Source: Bacteroidota bacterium
GTDB taxonomy: Bacteria; Bacteroidota; Ignavibacteria; Kapaibacteriales; Kapaibacteriaceae
Assembly: GCA_018266735.1 (NCBI GenBank)
Contig: JAFDZT010000005.1
Coordinates: 156,971-220,970, forward strand
DNA length: 64,000 nucleotides
Direction: 5' to 3'
Each line of letters starts with the position of its first letter. Position 1 is the stretch's first letter. Below the pieces are notes generated by a model. That model was given only the letters and a program-made list of their open reading frames with translations. It was not told where the DNA came from and ran no database searches. Made by a program: the position numbers and the translations under genes. This document shows, piece after piece, positions 9,963-19,126 of the stretch.

Positions 9963-11314
9963 TCGTTCTGGTCTTCTTCCTTGCCACCCTTGTCCTTCCT
10001 GCACAAGAGTTCGTGCAGGCGGATCGATGGCCATGGGAAGATCGGAGGCCCGATGCATGGCGTCGAGGTGTGTTGATCACTCCAAGTGGTGAGGCCGACG
10101 CCGCTGTTCTTGCATATACAGATGCCGACGGCTTTCGTCTTTCGGTGTACGACACGCTCTTAACTCGTCGATGGTCGCATACGCTGCCAACGCCGCTACA
10201 TGCCGTAACGGCGCACGTCTTCAGCTCCGCCACGGTAACATCCGCCATTGTGGTTGCCGTTGATGGCGATAGCGTGATCGTTCACGGCATCAGTGTTGAC
10301 CGCGGCACGGGTACGATCGTCCGTTCCGGAAGACTCCATGGCATGGAGTTCGATATCGAAGGCCGACCCACCATTGTGCACGCTGCCAGCGGAGCATATG
10401 CTGCTGTGATATGTCGAAACGACGACGATCCTTCGGCCGTGCTTCTCTTCAACGATCGTCTGGAAGCCCCTGCCGTCATCACATCGATGTCGCTTCCCAC
10501 GTTCGACCCGAAAAAGCTCCAACAACCATTGCATCAGTGGGTCGCCGATACGCTCCACATCATTACGATGAGCATGGACGACGGTCCACATCTCATCGAC
10601 GCGCGATTGTGGCCTACGGGCAGTGCCTTGGTGCGGACACCGGTTGTCCTTACGGCCACGTCGGAAGCTGATCTTGAGGACGCAGTCATTGAAATGGTCG
10701 AGGGTGGAAAGGACTCTGCAGCATTGGTCATGCAGGAGCGCAACGGCAATGAATGCATTGGTCTGCAGGTCTATCGATTCTCTGTCCGTACGGGCTCAGG
10801 CTCTGCGCAACGGTACAAGTTCGAGGTCGACCAACGGCCACAGTACGCACGAACACGATCAGTGATGTCGGATGCCAACGTGGTGGTGGGTATCGAACGC
10901 GTGTCCACTTTCTACAAGAGACAAATGACGACGAACGTAGCAACCAGCATCTATACGGTTGGTGACGGATCTGTGATACGTTTCACCGCTAATGGAGCGC
11001 AGTGGCGTGCACCGCTTATGCGGAGTACCACAAAAGGTACGGCTGGCACCTGTGAGATGCAGCAGTTCGGTCTTGTGGCCGCGCCCATCGCGATGGGGAA
11101 CGATCACGTTGTCGTTGTGAACTATCGCGAGGACGCCGATCGGATGATCACGGCACAAGTGTTTGATCGAACCACCGGGACACTCACAACACAAGCGCCA
11201 CTTGCCATGATCCACCAGCCCACGTATGTTTTTCTTGAGCAATGGATCATCATGCCATCACATCGAAAGGTGTGGGCACTTTTCGGAGATGAGATTCGGA
11301 TCCTACGGTATTGA
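9959..11314 (+). CDS. Hypothetical secreted protein (451 aa), in an operon with the upstream lipoprotein.
   Basis: Hydrophobic N-terminus (IVLVFFLATLVLPAQE). GTG start overlaps the upstream stop (GTGA). Confidence 0.5.
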   Translation: MIVLVFFLATLVLPAQEFVQADRWPWEDRRPDAWRRGVLITPSGEADAAVLAYTDADGFRLSVYDTLLTRRWSHTLPTPLHAVTAHVFSSATVTSAIVVAVDGDSVIVHGISVDRGTGTIVRSGRLHGMEFDIEGRPTIVHAASGAYAAVICRNDDDPSAVLLFNDRLEAPAVITSMSLPTFDPKKLQQPLHQWVADTLHIITMSMDDGPHLIDARLWPTGSALVRTPVVLTATSEADLEDAVIEMVEGGKDSAALVMQERNGNECIGLQVYRFSVRTGSGSAQRYKFEVDQRPQYARTRSVMSDANVVVGIERVSTFYKRQMTTNVATSIYTVGDGSVIRFTANGAQWRAPLMRSTTKGTAGTCEMQQFGLVAAPIAMGNDHVVVVNYREDADRMITAQVFDRTTGTLTTQAPLAMIHQPTYVFLEQWIIMPSHRKVWALFGDEIRILRY

Positions 11315-11352
11315 ATTCTGTTTCCACTTCACGTTTCCAAGGGAGTACACAC

Positions 11353-11715
11353 ATGCATGCCTTGATCGCACGGACCATCGATCACTACAAGCATTTGGGA
11401 TGGGCCATTGCCGCCTATACCCTTGCCTGTATGAGCATCAGTCCCGTCATTGCTCGTGGTCTCTACGAGCAGGAGTTCGAGTTCAATGTCTTTGACGTCA
11501 ACATCTGGATCTGTCTTACTCTTTGTATGGCATCGGTCTGGTATCTCCGGCAAAGTCACATGGCCTACGAGAACTCCCGATCAGAACGAAGTGTGATCTA
11601 CGAGGTGCTGTACTATGCCACGCTTGCGTTGCAGATCGTCCTGTTCATTCCCTACATCATGGCGTCGATCGTTGCCCTGCAGGGTGTGCTCACTGGCGGT
11701 CGTTCGTTCGGATAA
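11353..11715 (+). CDS. Hypothetical integral membrane protein (~120 aa).
   Basis: ATG at 11353 with an AAGGGAG-like sequence about 8 nt upstream. Multiple hydrophobic helices. The ORF-track start at 11311 is a TTG overlapping the previous stop. Confidence 0.45.
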   Translation: MHALIARTIDHYKHLGWAIAAYTLACMSISPVIARGLYEQEFEFNVFDVNIWICLTLCMASVWYLRQSHMAYENSRSERSVIYEVLYYATLALQIVLFIPYIMASIVALQGVLTGGRSFG

Positions 11716-11721
11716 CCGCCC

Positions 11722-12417
11722 ATGAGAGCTCTTCATGTTGAATCGCATCGTGCCCACCGTATCGGTTGGTTGCGCGCCTCTGTGCTCGGCGCCAACGACG
11801 GTGTGGTATCGGTATCCAGTCTGGTGGTTGGCGTGGCCGCCGGTGGGGCCACGGCGGATGTGATCCTGCTCACGGGCATGGCGGGTCTGGTGGCAGGGGC
11901 CTTGTCCATGGCGGCGGGGGAGTACATCTCCGTGCAATCGCAGGCCGACACAGAGAACGCCGATCTGGAGCGCGAACGCAAGGAGTTGCACGAAGACCCC
12001 GAGCATGAACTCGAAGAGCTCACCAACATCTATGTGGAGCGTGGACTCGACCTTCCGCTTGCCAAACAGGTCGCGTTGAAGTTGACCGAAAGTGACGCGC
12101 TGACGGCACATGCACGCGACGAGCTCGGCATCACCGAGGTGCTGCGTGCCCGTCCCGTACAGGCAGCCCTTGCCTCGGCTGCGGCCTTCAGTGTTGGTGC
12201 GGCCATTCCTATTCTCGCCACTGTGCTTGCAGCAAAGGACCATGTGGCGCTGATCACCACCGTCATCACGCTGTTGAGTCTGACCGCTCTTGGATCCATC
12301 GCTGCTTGGGCCGGTGGCGCCACCATATGGAAGGGTGCGTTACGCGTCACGTTCTGGGGCGCGATCGCCATGGGCGTGACCGCATTGGTCGGCAAGTTGT
12401 TCGGTGCTAACGTGTAA
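11722..12417 (+). CDS. VIT1/CCC1-family iron/manganese transporter.
   Basis: Characteristic N-terminus WLRASVLGANDGVVSVSSLVVGVAAG. Central acidic helix-rich cytoplasmic segment. C-terminal TM bundle. Confidence 0.85.
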   Translation: MRALHVESHRAHRIGWLRASVLGANDGVVSVSSLVVGVAAGGATADVILLTGMAGLVAGALSMAAGEYISVQSQADTENADLERERKELHEDPEHELEELTNIYVERGLDLPLAKQVALKLTESDALTAHARDELGITEVLRARPVQAALASAAAFSVGAAIPILATVLAAKDHVALITTVITLLSLTALGSIAAWAGGATIWKGALRVTFWGAIAMGVTALVGKLFGANV

Positions 12418-12443
12418 GTACTCGGTTACAGATAGAACAGACG

Positions 12444-13112
12444 ATGACACAGAACCTCACAGATCTTCTCGCACAGTTGGAGTCACTCGGGATCGCATCC
12501 GTACGCGGACACAGCGCACGGTCCACCGACGGCCTCCGTCAATTCGGCGTCAAACTCGGCGATCTCCGCACGATCGCGAAGAAGATCAAGTCGGATCATG
12601 CGCTTGCACTTCAGTTGTGGGACACCGATGTGCTGGACGCGCGGTTGCTGGCCATCCTGATCCTCAAGCCACAGCAGCTTACGGTGCAACAACTCGAGTC
12701 CATGGTCAGGGATGCGCGTGGCGTCCAGCTCGCAGACTGGCTCACCTCGTACGTGGTCAAGCACCATCCCGAGAACGAAGCGTTCCGAGAAGCGTGGATG
12801 AATGATGCCGACCCTTGGATCGCGCGGGTAGGGTGGGCGCTTACGTCGTCGCGGATTGCGAAGGACCCGAGTGGCCTCGACCTTGCCGCCTTGCTCGATC
12901 GCCTCGAAGCCACCATGGCCACGTCGCCTTCGGAAGTACAGTGGACGATGAACTTCTGTCTGGCCAACATCGGCATCCATCACGAACGGCTCCGTGCGCG
13001 CGCCATCGACATTGGCGAGCGACTCGGCATCTATCGCGACTACCCTGTTTCCAAGGGTTGTACCTCACCCTTTGCACCCATCTGGATCCGAGAGATCGTA
13101 GGACGTCAATGA
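12444..13112 (+). CDS. DNA alkylation repair enzyme (AlkD-like HEAT-repeat glycosylase family).
   Basis: All-helical HEAT-like repeats. Sequence resembles PF08713 members (…DWLTSYVVKHHPE…WIARVGWALT…). Confidence 0.65.
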   Translation: MTQNLTDLLAQLESLGIASVRGHSARSTDGLRQFGVKLGDLRTIAKKIKSDHALALQLWDTDVLDARLLAILILKPQQLTVQQLESMVRDARGVQLADWLTSYVVKHHPENEAFREAWMNDADPWIARVGWALTSSRIAKDPSGLDLAALLDRLEATMATSPSEVQWTMNFCLANIGIHHERLRARAIDIGERLGIYRDYPVSKGCTSPFAPIWIREIVGRQ

Positions 13113-13708
13113 TGAAACCAAACGCAGTTCCCCATCCGAAGGTCGACGCCTTCCTTGAAAAGGCAACGAAGTGGCAACGTGAAATGCAGGCGCTCAGGGC
13201 TCTCCTGCTTGCATCGGGACTCACGGAAGAGCTCAAATGGTACCAACCGGTGTACACGCTCAACGGCAAGAACGTTGTGATCATCAGTTGTTTCAAGGAG
13301 CACTGTGTGCTGGGCTTCTTCAAAGGCGTACTGCTTCGCGACGAACATCATATGCTGCAGAAGCCGGGCGAGAACACGCAGTCGTCGCGGTTCTTCAAAT
13401 TCACATCTCTGCAAGAGATCACGAAGCGCAAGCCCATCATCAAGGCCTACATTCAAGAGGCCATCGAGGTGGAGAAGGCAGGCTCGACCGTTGAGTTCAA
13501 GAAGATCACGGAACGGCCGATCCCGGAAGAACTCCAGCAGCGATTCAAGAAGCAACCCTCCCTGAAGAAGGCCTTTGAATCACTCACTCCCGGACGTCAA
13601 CGCGCCTATCTCATGCACTTCACGTCGGCAAAGCAAACCGCAACACGTGTAGCGCGCATCGAGAAATGCGTGCCGCGCATCATGGAGGGGAAGGGTCTGA
13701 CGGATTGA
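13109..13708 (+). CDS. YdeI/OmpD-associated (DUF1801-like) family protein.
   Basis: MMKPNAVPHPKVDAFLEKATKWQ… and the C-terminal …AFESLTPGRQRAYLMHFTSAKQTATRVARIEKCVPRI are typical of this family. ATGATG start overlaps the upstream stop. Confidence 0.6.
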   Translation: MMKPNAVPHPKVDAFLEKATKWQREMQALRALLLASGLTEELKWYQPVYTLNGKNVVIISCFKEHCVLGFFKGVLLRDEHHMLQKPGENTQSSRFFKFTSLQEITKRKPIIKAYIQEAIEVEKAGSTVEFKKITERPIPEELQQRFKKQPSLKKAFESLTPGRQRAYLMHFTSAKQTATRVARIEKCVPRIMEGKGLTD

Positions 13709-13718
13709 GGGGGGGGGG
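13709..13718. repeat. Homopolymeric G10 tract in the intergenic region upstream of the Type III mod gene.
   Basis: Read directly: tgaGGGGGGGGGGatatg immediately after the stop of the YdeI-like gene, about 215 bp upstream of the mod ATG. Confidence 0.9.
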
Positions 13719-13933
13719 ATATGACAAGTGTTGAACATGATGGAAGTTGTATACTCGTGATGGACAACGACAGATACGCTATTTTCGGAAACAAAAAAGG
13801 TCGGATGAGATATGCATACCGACAATTGCTCATTCGGATGAATCATACAGAGTAGTGGCATTGAGAAATGCTCCACTCCGTGAATATCCCAGCTATAAAC
13901 AGTGAACATAGCATGCTTGAAGGGATTCGCTAA

Positions 13934-15529
13934 ATGCCATCTTTGAATTGGATCGGTAAAGACGCAGTTGTGAGGCATCATAAGGACGTGCCGTTTCGAC
14001 TGCTCGAAGCAGTGCCTGAATTGTCGTGTGGCCCATCGGATTCGGGCAACTTGATCGTTCAAGGCGATAACCTTCACGCGCTGAAAGCTCTACTACCTCG
14101 ATACGCCGGACAAGTGAAGTGTATCTATATCGATCCACCGTACAACACGGGCAATGAGGGTTGGGTCTACAACGACAACGTCAACAGCCCGGAAATCCGC
14201 AAATGGTTAGGTGAAGTTGTTGGTAAAGAAGGCGAGACATTGGATCGACACGACCGTTGGCTATCGATGATGTACCCACGACTGGTCTTGTTGAAACAGT
14301 TTCTGAGCGAGGACGGAGCGATCTTCATTTCAATTGATGATAATGAAGTGGCGTCACTACGGCTGCTCATGGATGAGATTTTTGGAAAATCAAATTTTGT
14401 TGCCTGCAATACTTGGCAAAAACGATATTCAAGAGAAAATCGAGTTGCAATCGGTGATGCTCACGAGTACGTCGTCACTTACGCGATAAATCCAGTCAAG
14501 TTCAAGCACTCAGCCAAAAAATTGCCGCTTGGGCCAAAGCAACTTGCCGTTTACAAGAATCCAAACAATGATGTGCGAGGGAGATGGCGAGCGGTATCGT
14601 TATCTGCTCAAGGATATCGGCCAAACCAAATGTATGAAATCACATCCCCACAAACAGGTAAAAAGCACAGGCCACCGGAAGGGTCCTGTTGGAAAGTAAT
14701 TGAGTCGGAATACAAACGCCTATTGGAGGATGGACGAATCTACTTTGGAAAGGATGGGAATGCAGTTCCACAGCGCATACAGTTTCTCTCGAGTATTGAA
14801 GGCATTGCACCATGGACTTGGTGGCCTCATGAAGAAGTAGGCCATACCGATGAATCAAGAAAAGAGATTCAAGAGATATTTGGCACTCAAACAGCATTTG
14901 AAACACCAAAGCCCACACGGTTGATTCAGCGCATTTTGCAAATTGCCACCGATGCAAATTCTGTCATACTTGACAGCTTTTCTGGCTCCGGCACAACAGG
15001 CCATGCTGTATTAAAACAAAACACCGAAGACGGTGGAAACCGTCGCTTCATCCTAGTCGAAATGGATGAGGATATAGCGCGTGATGTTACGGCTGAGCGT
15101 GTGAAGCGGATCGCATCAGGGTACATTAATGCCAAAGGTGAAGCCGTCAATGGTCTAGGAGGAGGATTCCAGTTCTTTCATCTCTCTGATGAGCCACTCT
15201 TCGACGCCACGGGCCAGATTCGAAGTGACGTTAAGTTTGAGCAATTGGCAGAGTTCGTTTGGTTTGCGGAGACCGGCACCGGCTATAGTGGGCCCTCAGA
15301 TTCACCACTTCTTGGTATACACGAAGGTCGAGCAATCTATCTGCTGTACAATGGCATACTTAAGGACAAGTCATTTGGCGGTGGCAATGTACTCACTGCT
15401 GAGGTTTACGATATCCTGCCACCGTTTACAGGTCCGAAAGTGATCTACGCCGCTGCGAATCGCATGGGTGCTCGAGCCTCGCGTGAGGGCATCACCTTCA
15501 AGCAGACTCCCTATGCATTGGAGGTATGA
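13934..15529 (+). CDS. mod: Type III restriction-modification system methyltransferase (Mod, N6-adenine).
   Basis: Motif IV IYIDPPYNTG. Upstream GDNLHALKAL and the downstream WQKRYSREN / catalytic region are typical of Type III Mod. Low-GC codon usage. Followed by res. Confidence 0.9.
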   Translation: MPSLNWIGKDAVVRHHKDVPFRLLEAVPELSCGPSDSGNLIVQGDNLHALKALLPRYAGQVKCIYIDPPYNTGNEGWVYNDNVNSPEIRKWLGEVVGKEGETLDRHDRWLSMMYPRLVLLKQFLSEDGAIFISIDDNEVASLRLLMDEIFGKSNFVACNTWQKRYSRENRVAIGDAHEYVVTYAINPVKFKHSAKKLPLGPKQLAVYKNPNNDVRGRWRAVSLSAQGYRPNQMYEITSPQTGKKHRPPEGSCWKVIESEYKRLLEDGRIYFGKDGNAVPQRIQFLSSIEGIAPWTWWPHEEVGHTDESRKEIQEIFGTQTAFETPKPTRLIQRILQIATDANSVILDSFSGSGTTGHAVLKQNTEDGGNRRFILVEMDEDIARDVTAERVKRIASGYINAKGEAVNGLGGGFQFFHLSDEPLFDATGQIRSDVKFEQLAEFVWFAETGTGYSGPSDSPLLGIHEGRAIYLLYNGILKDKSFGGGNVLTAEVYDILPPFTGPKVIYAAANRMGARASREGITFKQTPYALEV

Positions 15530-16052
15530 GGTGGCAGAAGATTTGAAGATCATCATCATCGCCGGACCCAATGGTGCGGGTAAGACGACATTTGCAAGAG
15601 AGTTTCTGCCTCATGAGGCGAATTGTCCTGTGTTTGTGAATGCAGATCTGATCGCGTCTGGATTGTCTCCCTTTGCTCCGGAACACGTCGTCTTTCAGGC
15701 TGGACGATTGATGCTTGAGGAAATGGAACGTCACGTTCAAGCTCGGCGTAGCTTCGCGTTCGAGACAACATTGTCGGGACGCGCTTACCTTCAACATATT
15801 CGGAAGTGGAAGGCTGCCGGATATCGTGTTGAGTTGATCTTTCTTCAACTGCAGAGTGCCGACGAGGCGGTCGCTCGAGTGGCGCAGCGAGTTGCGCAAG
15901 GTGGGCATGACATCCCTGAGGAAGTTGTTCGACGCCGTTTCGAAGTCGGACTGCATAACTTCAGTCGTTACTACGCACCTGCTGTTGATATGTGGGCCCT
16001 TTACGACAATTCGTATGAGTCACCTCTATTGCTTGATTGGAGTGAACAATGA
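15513..16052 (+). CDS. Zeta-toxin-like P-loop kinase/ATPase (COG4185 / PF06414-like), embedded between mod and res.
   Basis: Walker A IIIIAGPNGAGKTT. C-terminal GGHDIPEEVVRRRFEVGLHNF, which resembles the zeta/PezT-family conserved GGHxVP…RRY motif. Start ambiguous (ATG 15513 or GTG 15531); either overlaps or abuts the mod stop at 15529. Confidence 0.7.
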   Translation: MHWRYEVAEDLKIIIIAGPNGAGKTTFAREFLPHEANCPVFVNADLIASGLSPFAPEHVVFQAGRLMLEEMERHVQARRSFAFETTLSGRAYLQHIRKWKAAGYRVELIFLQLQSADEAVARVAQRVAQGGHDIPEEVVRRRFEVGLHNFSRYYAPAVDMWALYDNSYESPLLLDWSEQ

Positions 16053-16270
16053 GCAAACCAAAGTCTATTGAAACGGCATTGAATAGTGATCTCCGCGGGT
16101 CTTGGATTGCCATACATCGTGCGGCTGCACGCGCTCGACAAATTGCCATGCAGACAGGTACTGCCTTGGTTGTAGTTAGGAACGGAGTGCTGGAACATTT
16201 GTATCCCGTATCTGAACCGAACGTAGATCGTGCTGCCGAGTCTGAGGCACGATACGGAGAGTCGTCATGA
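16049..16270 (+). CDS. Small hypothetical protein (73 aa), translationally coupled on both sides (zeta-like stop and res start).
   Basis: ATGA overlap with the zeta-like stop at 16049-16052, and ATGA overlap with the res start at 16267-16270. Low GC like the neighbours. No recognisable motif. Confidence 0.5.
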   Translation: MSKPKSIETALNSDLRGSWIAIHRAAARARQIAMQTGTALVVVRNGVLEHLYPVSEPNVDRAAESEARYGESS

Positions 16271-18963
16271 GCGCATTTGCCCCTAAAGTTTATCAGCAAC
16301 AAGTACTGGACAGTGTCGAGGCTTATTTCAAAGTATGCCACGAGCAAAAGTCACCATCGATCGCATTTACAATTACGACAGAACAATTGTGGGGACGAGG
16401 CAATCCCTATAATCCGCTGACTGGATTCCCCGCCGACATGCCTTACTTCTGCCTACGAGTACCTACAGGCGGTGGTAAGACGTGGCTCGCTGCAAAGAGT
16501 GTCCAACTGATCAATACACATCTGCTGCGCTGCGAGTACAGCGTGATCTTGTGGTTGGTACCGAGCAAACCTATCCGCGAACAGACAATAAAGGCACTAC
16601 GGGATCGAACGCATCCCTATCACGCTGCATTGCGTGAAGCCGGACCCATCACAGTGCTTGATCTTGAAGAGGCCAAGAGCGTCACTCGCTCCACGCTAGA
16701 CACTTCCACCACGATTATTGTCGCAACACGGCAAGCATTTCAAGTTGAATACGAAGAATGCCGAAAAGTATACCAGTCGAGTGGCGCACTGATGCATCAT
16801 TTCGATAATCTGTCGACGCAACAGCGCGATGTATTGCTCTACGAAGGTAGCGATGCCGAACGAACGGTGCCGTACTCGCTCGTGAACGTCCTTCGTATGC
16901 GACGCCCATTCGTTGTTGTGGACGAAGCGCACAATAGCCGCACGGAGCTTTCCTTTGATATGCTTGCACGGTTTCGACCAAGTGGAGTGATGGAGCTGAC
17001 GGCTACTCCCGACCTTGAACGAACTCCAAGCAATGTGTTGCACAGTGTTTCTGCCGCCGAACTGAAGGCGGAAGAAATGATCAAGCTACCAGTGATATTG
17101 CAGACAGAACCGAATTGGCAACAATGTTTGGCAGATGCCATCGGACGTCGCGAGGCCCTTCATACGCTTGCCGATGCCGAACACCGGGTAGGCAGTCCCT
17201 ATTTGCGACCCCTTGTACTCATCCAGTCGGAACCGCGCCGCACTGGGGTGGAGACATTGGACTTCGAGCGTGTCCGCAATGAGCTGATCACCAATCACAA
17301 TATCCCATCCTATGAGATTGTGGTAGCAACTGGAGAAGAAAAGGGGCTCGAGCAGATCGATGCCCAATACAAGCATGGAATTTCTGATCCAGCCTGCCCA
17401 GTGAAGTATGTCATCACTCAGAAGGCGCTGGCCGAAGGCTGGGATTGCCCCTTCGCCTACATTCTCGTGAGCATGGCTTCACTCTCATCGGCAACAGCAG
17501 TTGAACAAATACTTGGACGTGTGTTACGACAGCCTGGCGCCAGCCATCGGCAGGCCACTGCACTGAATCAGTCATATGCCTTTGTCGTATCGCGGAATTT
17601 TGCCGAGACGGCAAGTGCCTTGCGTGACAAATTAGTGTTAGGAGCAGGGTTTGAACGGCGCGATGTGGCAGGGTTTGTGATAGCCGCAACACCGGAGCAA
17701 GCTAGACTTGACCTCGATGCTCAGATTGCCTTTGAGCCAGTAAAAGTAATGTTGTCCGAAACGCCTGATCTTAAGAGCGTTTCCAAGCAGATACGTGAAA
17801 AGGTAAGCTGGGATGTCAAGCACAACACTCTAACAATCAGTAAACCGCTAACCGAGGATGAAACGGCTGTTCTCAAGGCCGCAGTCACCTCAGAAGAAGT
17901 AGCCTCGAAGATTGCTGTAGCAGCCCAAGAAAGTCGCGCCCAAGTGCCGGACTTCATGCAGTCGCCTGCAGAATTGGGAGAGCGCTTCCGGGTGCCGCAG
18001 TTGGCCTTACGAGTACAGGGTAAATTGGCATTGTTTGATGACGCGGAGATACTGGAGTATCCATGGGATCTCTCGATTTACGATGCTGTACCTTCTCCCG
18101 AAGAACGGCGGACATTAGGTTTAGCGATGAATGCCTCCGAGCTAGGCACCGTCGACGTCGGTTATGAAGGTCATGTGAACGTAAGCTTCCTATCTGGTGT
18201 ACAGCGAGATCTTGGACTGGTGTATCAACCGGAGAATTGGGATGAAGTGCGCATTGCCACTTGGTTGTGCCGCAATCTTCCCGAACCATCTTTAACGCAC
18301 GCGAATAAGCAAGCCTTTGTAATAAAGTGGTTGTCTGAGCTGTTGTCATCCCCTGACTACACGTTGGCTCGAGCAAGTTTGCAGAAGTTCATGCTCCGAA
18401 ACATTTTAGAGTCACGCATTCGTGACATGCGCAAGAAAGCGATACGAAAAGCCTATCAACAGGAGCTGTTTGGTGACGATGCGGCTAAGCACGTTGCAGT
18501 AACCGATACCTACTCCTTTGAGTTTCCCGCGTACACGTATGCGCCAACTCGCGACTACGACCCAAAGAAGTATGGACAGTTCAGTTTCAAAAAGCACTAT
18601 TACAGACGCATCGGAGACTTCGACAGCAAGGAGGAATTCGAATGCGCATGTTGGCTTGATACTCAGGCGCAGAAGGGACGAATCCAATTCTGGGTGAGAA
18701 ACCTTGTGCGGCGTGAAGGCAGTTCATTCTTTCTACAGAAAGCAGATGGTCGCTTCTATCCAGACTTTCTGTGCCAGTTGCCCGGAACGAATGGAGAGCG
18801 CGGCCCTGTCCTTGTGGTTGAGTACAAGGGTGCCGACCGAATGGTAGCTGCTGAAGACGACCAAAAGATAGGTCAACTTTGGGCGAACCTCTCCGGGGGT
18901 AGATGTCGGTTTGTAATGGTCACCGATAAGAAGTGGGAAATGATAGAGGAGCAACTGAGTTGA
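16267..18963 (+). CDS. res: Type III restriction enzyme Res subunit (SF2 helicase plus C-terminal PD-(D/E)xK endonuclease).
   Basis: Walker A VPTGGGKT. Motif II VVVDEAHN. Motif VI EQILGRVLRQ. C-terminal nuclease signature …YPDFLCQ…VVEYKG. Confidence 0.9.
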   Translation: MSAFAPKVYQQQVLDSVEAYFKVCHEQKSPSIAFTITTEQLWGRGNPYNPLTGFPADMPYFCLRVPTGGGKTWLAAKSVQLINTHLLRCEYSVILWLVPSKPIREQTIKALRDRTHPYHAALREAGPITVLDLEEAKSVTRSTLDTSTTIIVATRQAFQVEYEECRKVYQSSGALMHHFDNLSTQQRDVLLYEGSDAERTVPYSLVNVLRMRRPFVVVDEAHNSRTELSFDMLARFRPSGVMELTATPDLERTPSNVLHSVSAAELKAEEMIKLPVILQTEPNWQQCLADAIGRREALHTLADAEHRVGSPYLRPLVLIQSEPRRTGVETLDFERVRNELITNHNIPSYEIVVATGEEKGLEQIDAQYKHGISDPACPVKYVITQKALAEGWDCPFAYILVSMASLSSATAVEQILGRVLRQPGASHRQATALNQSYAFVVSRNFAETASALRDKLVLGAGFERRDVAGFVIAATPEQARLDLDAQIAFEPVKVMLSETPDLKSVSKQIREKVSWDVKHNTLTISKPLTEDETAVLKAAVTSEEVASKIAVAAQESRAQVPDFMQSPAELGERFRVPQLALRVQGKLALFDDAEILEYPWDLSIYDAVPSPEERRTLGLAMNASELGTVDVGYEGHVNVSFLSGVQRDLGLVYQPENWDEVRIATWLCRNLPEPSLTHANKQAFVIKWLSELLSSPDYTLARASLQKFMLRNILESRIRDMRKKAIRKAYQQELFGDDAAKHVAVTDTYSFEFPAYTYAPTRDYDPKKYGQFSFKKHYYRRIGDFDSKEEFECACWLDTQAQKGRIQFWVRNLVRREGSSFFLQKADGRFYPDFLCQLPGTNGERGPVLVVEYKGADRMVAAEDDQKIGQLWANLSGGRCRFVMVTDKKWEMIEEQLS

Positions 18964-19092
18964 GCTCAACGTTGGACAATACCACCCGCCTCTGATCAAC
19001 TGAGCAGTTAGATGGAGTTTACCTAGTTATACCCTCTCAAGATAAACTCGCTAAACTGTGTATAACTCTGCCCCCGACCCCCCCTGAAACAC

Positions 19093-19124
19093 AAAAGCCC
19101 CGTCCGAAGACGAGGCTTTGTTTG
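19093..19124. terminator. Rho-independent terminator-like hairpin between res and tRNA-Glu (imperfect 8-bp GC-rich stem GCCCCGTC/GACGAGGC, followed by TTTGTTTG; usable in both directions).
   Basis: Inverted repeat read from the sequence: 7 of 8 base pairs, a 4-nt loop, flanked by an A-run and a T-run. Confidence 0.55.
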
Positions 19125-19126
19125 TG

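Noticed and set aside
13709-19126. Classical integrative island (integrase plus att direct repeats) at tRNA-Glu
   Set aside because: No integrase, recombinase or transposase ORF is present. The only match between the distal boundary and the tRNA 3' end is a 6-nt TTGAAC. It is therefore reported as a compositionally foreign cassette, not a mobile element feature.
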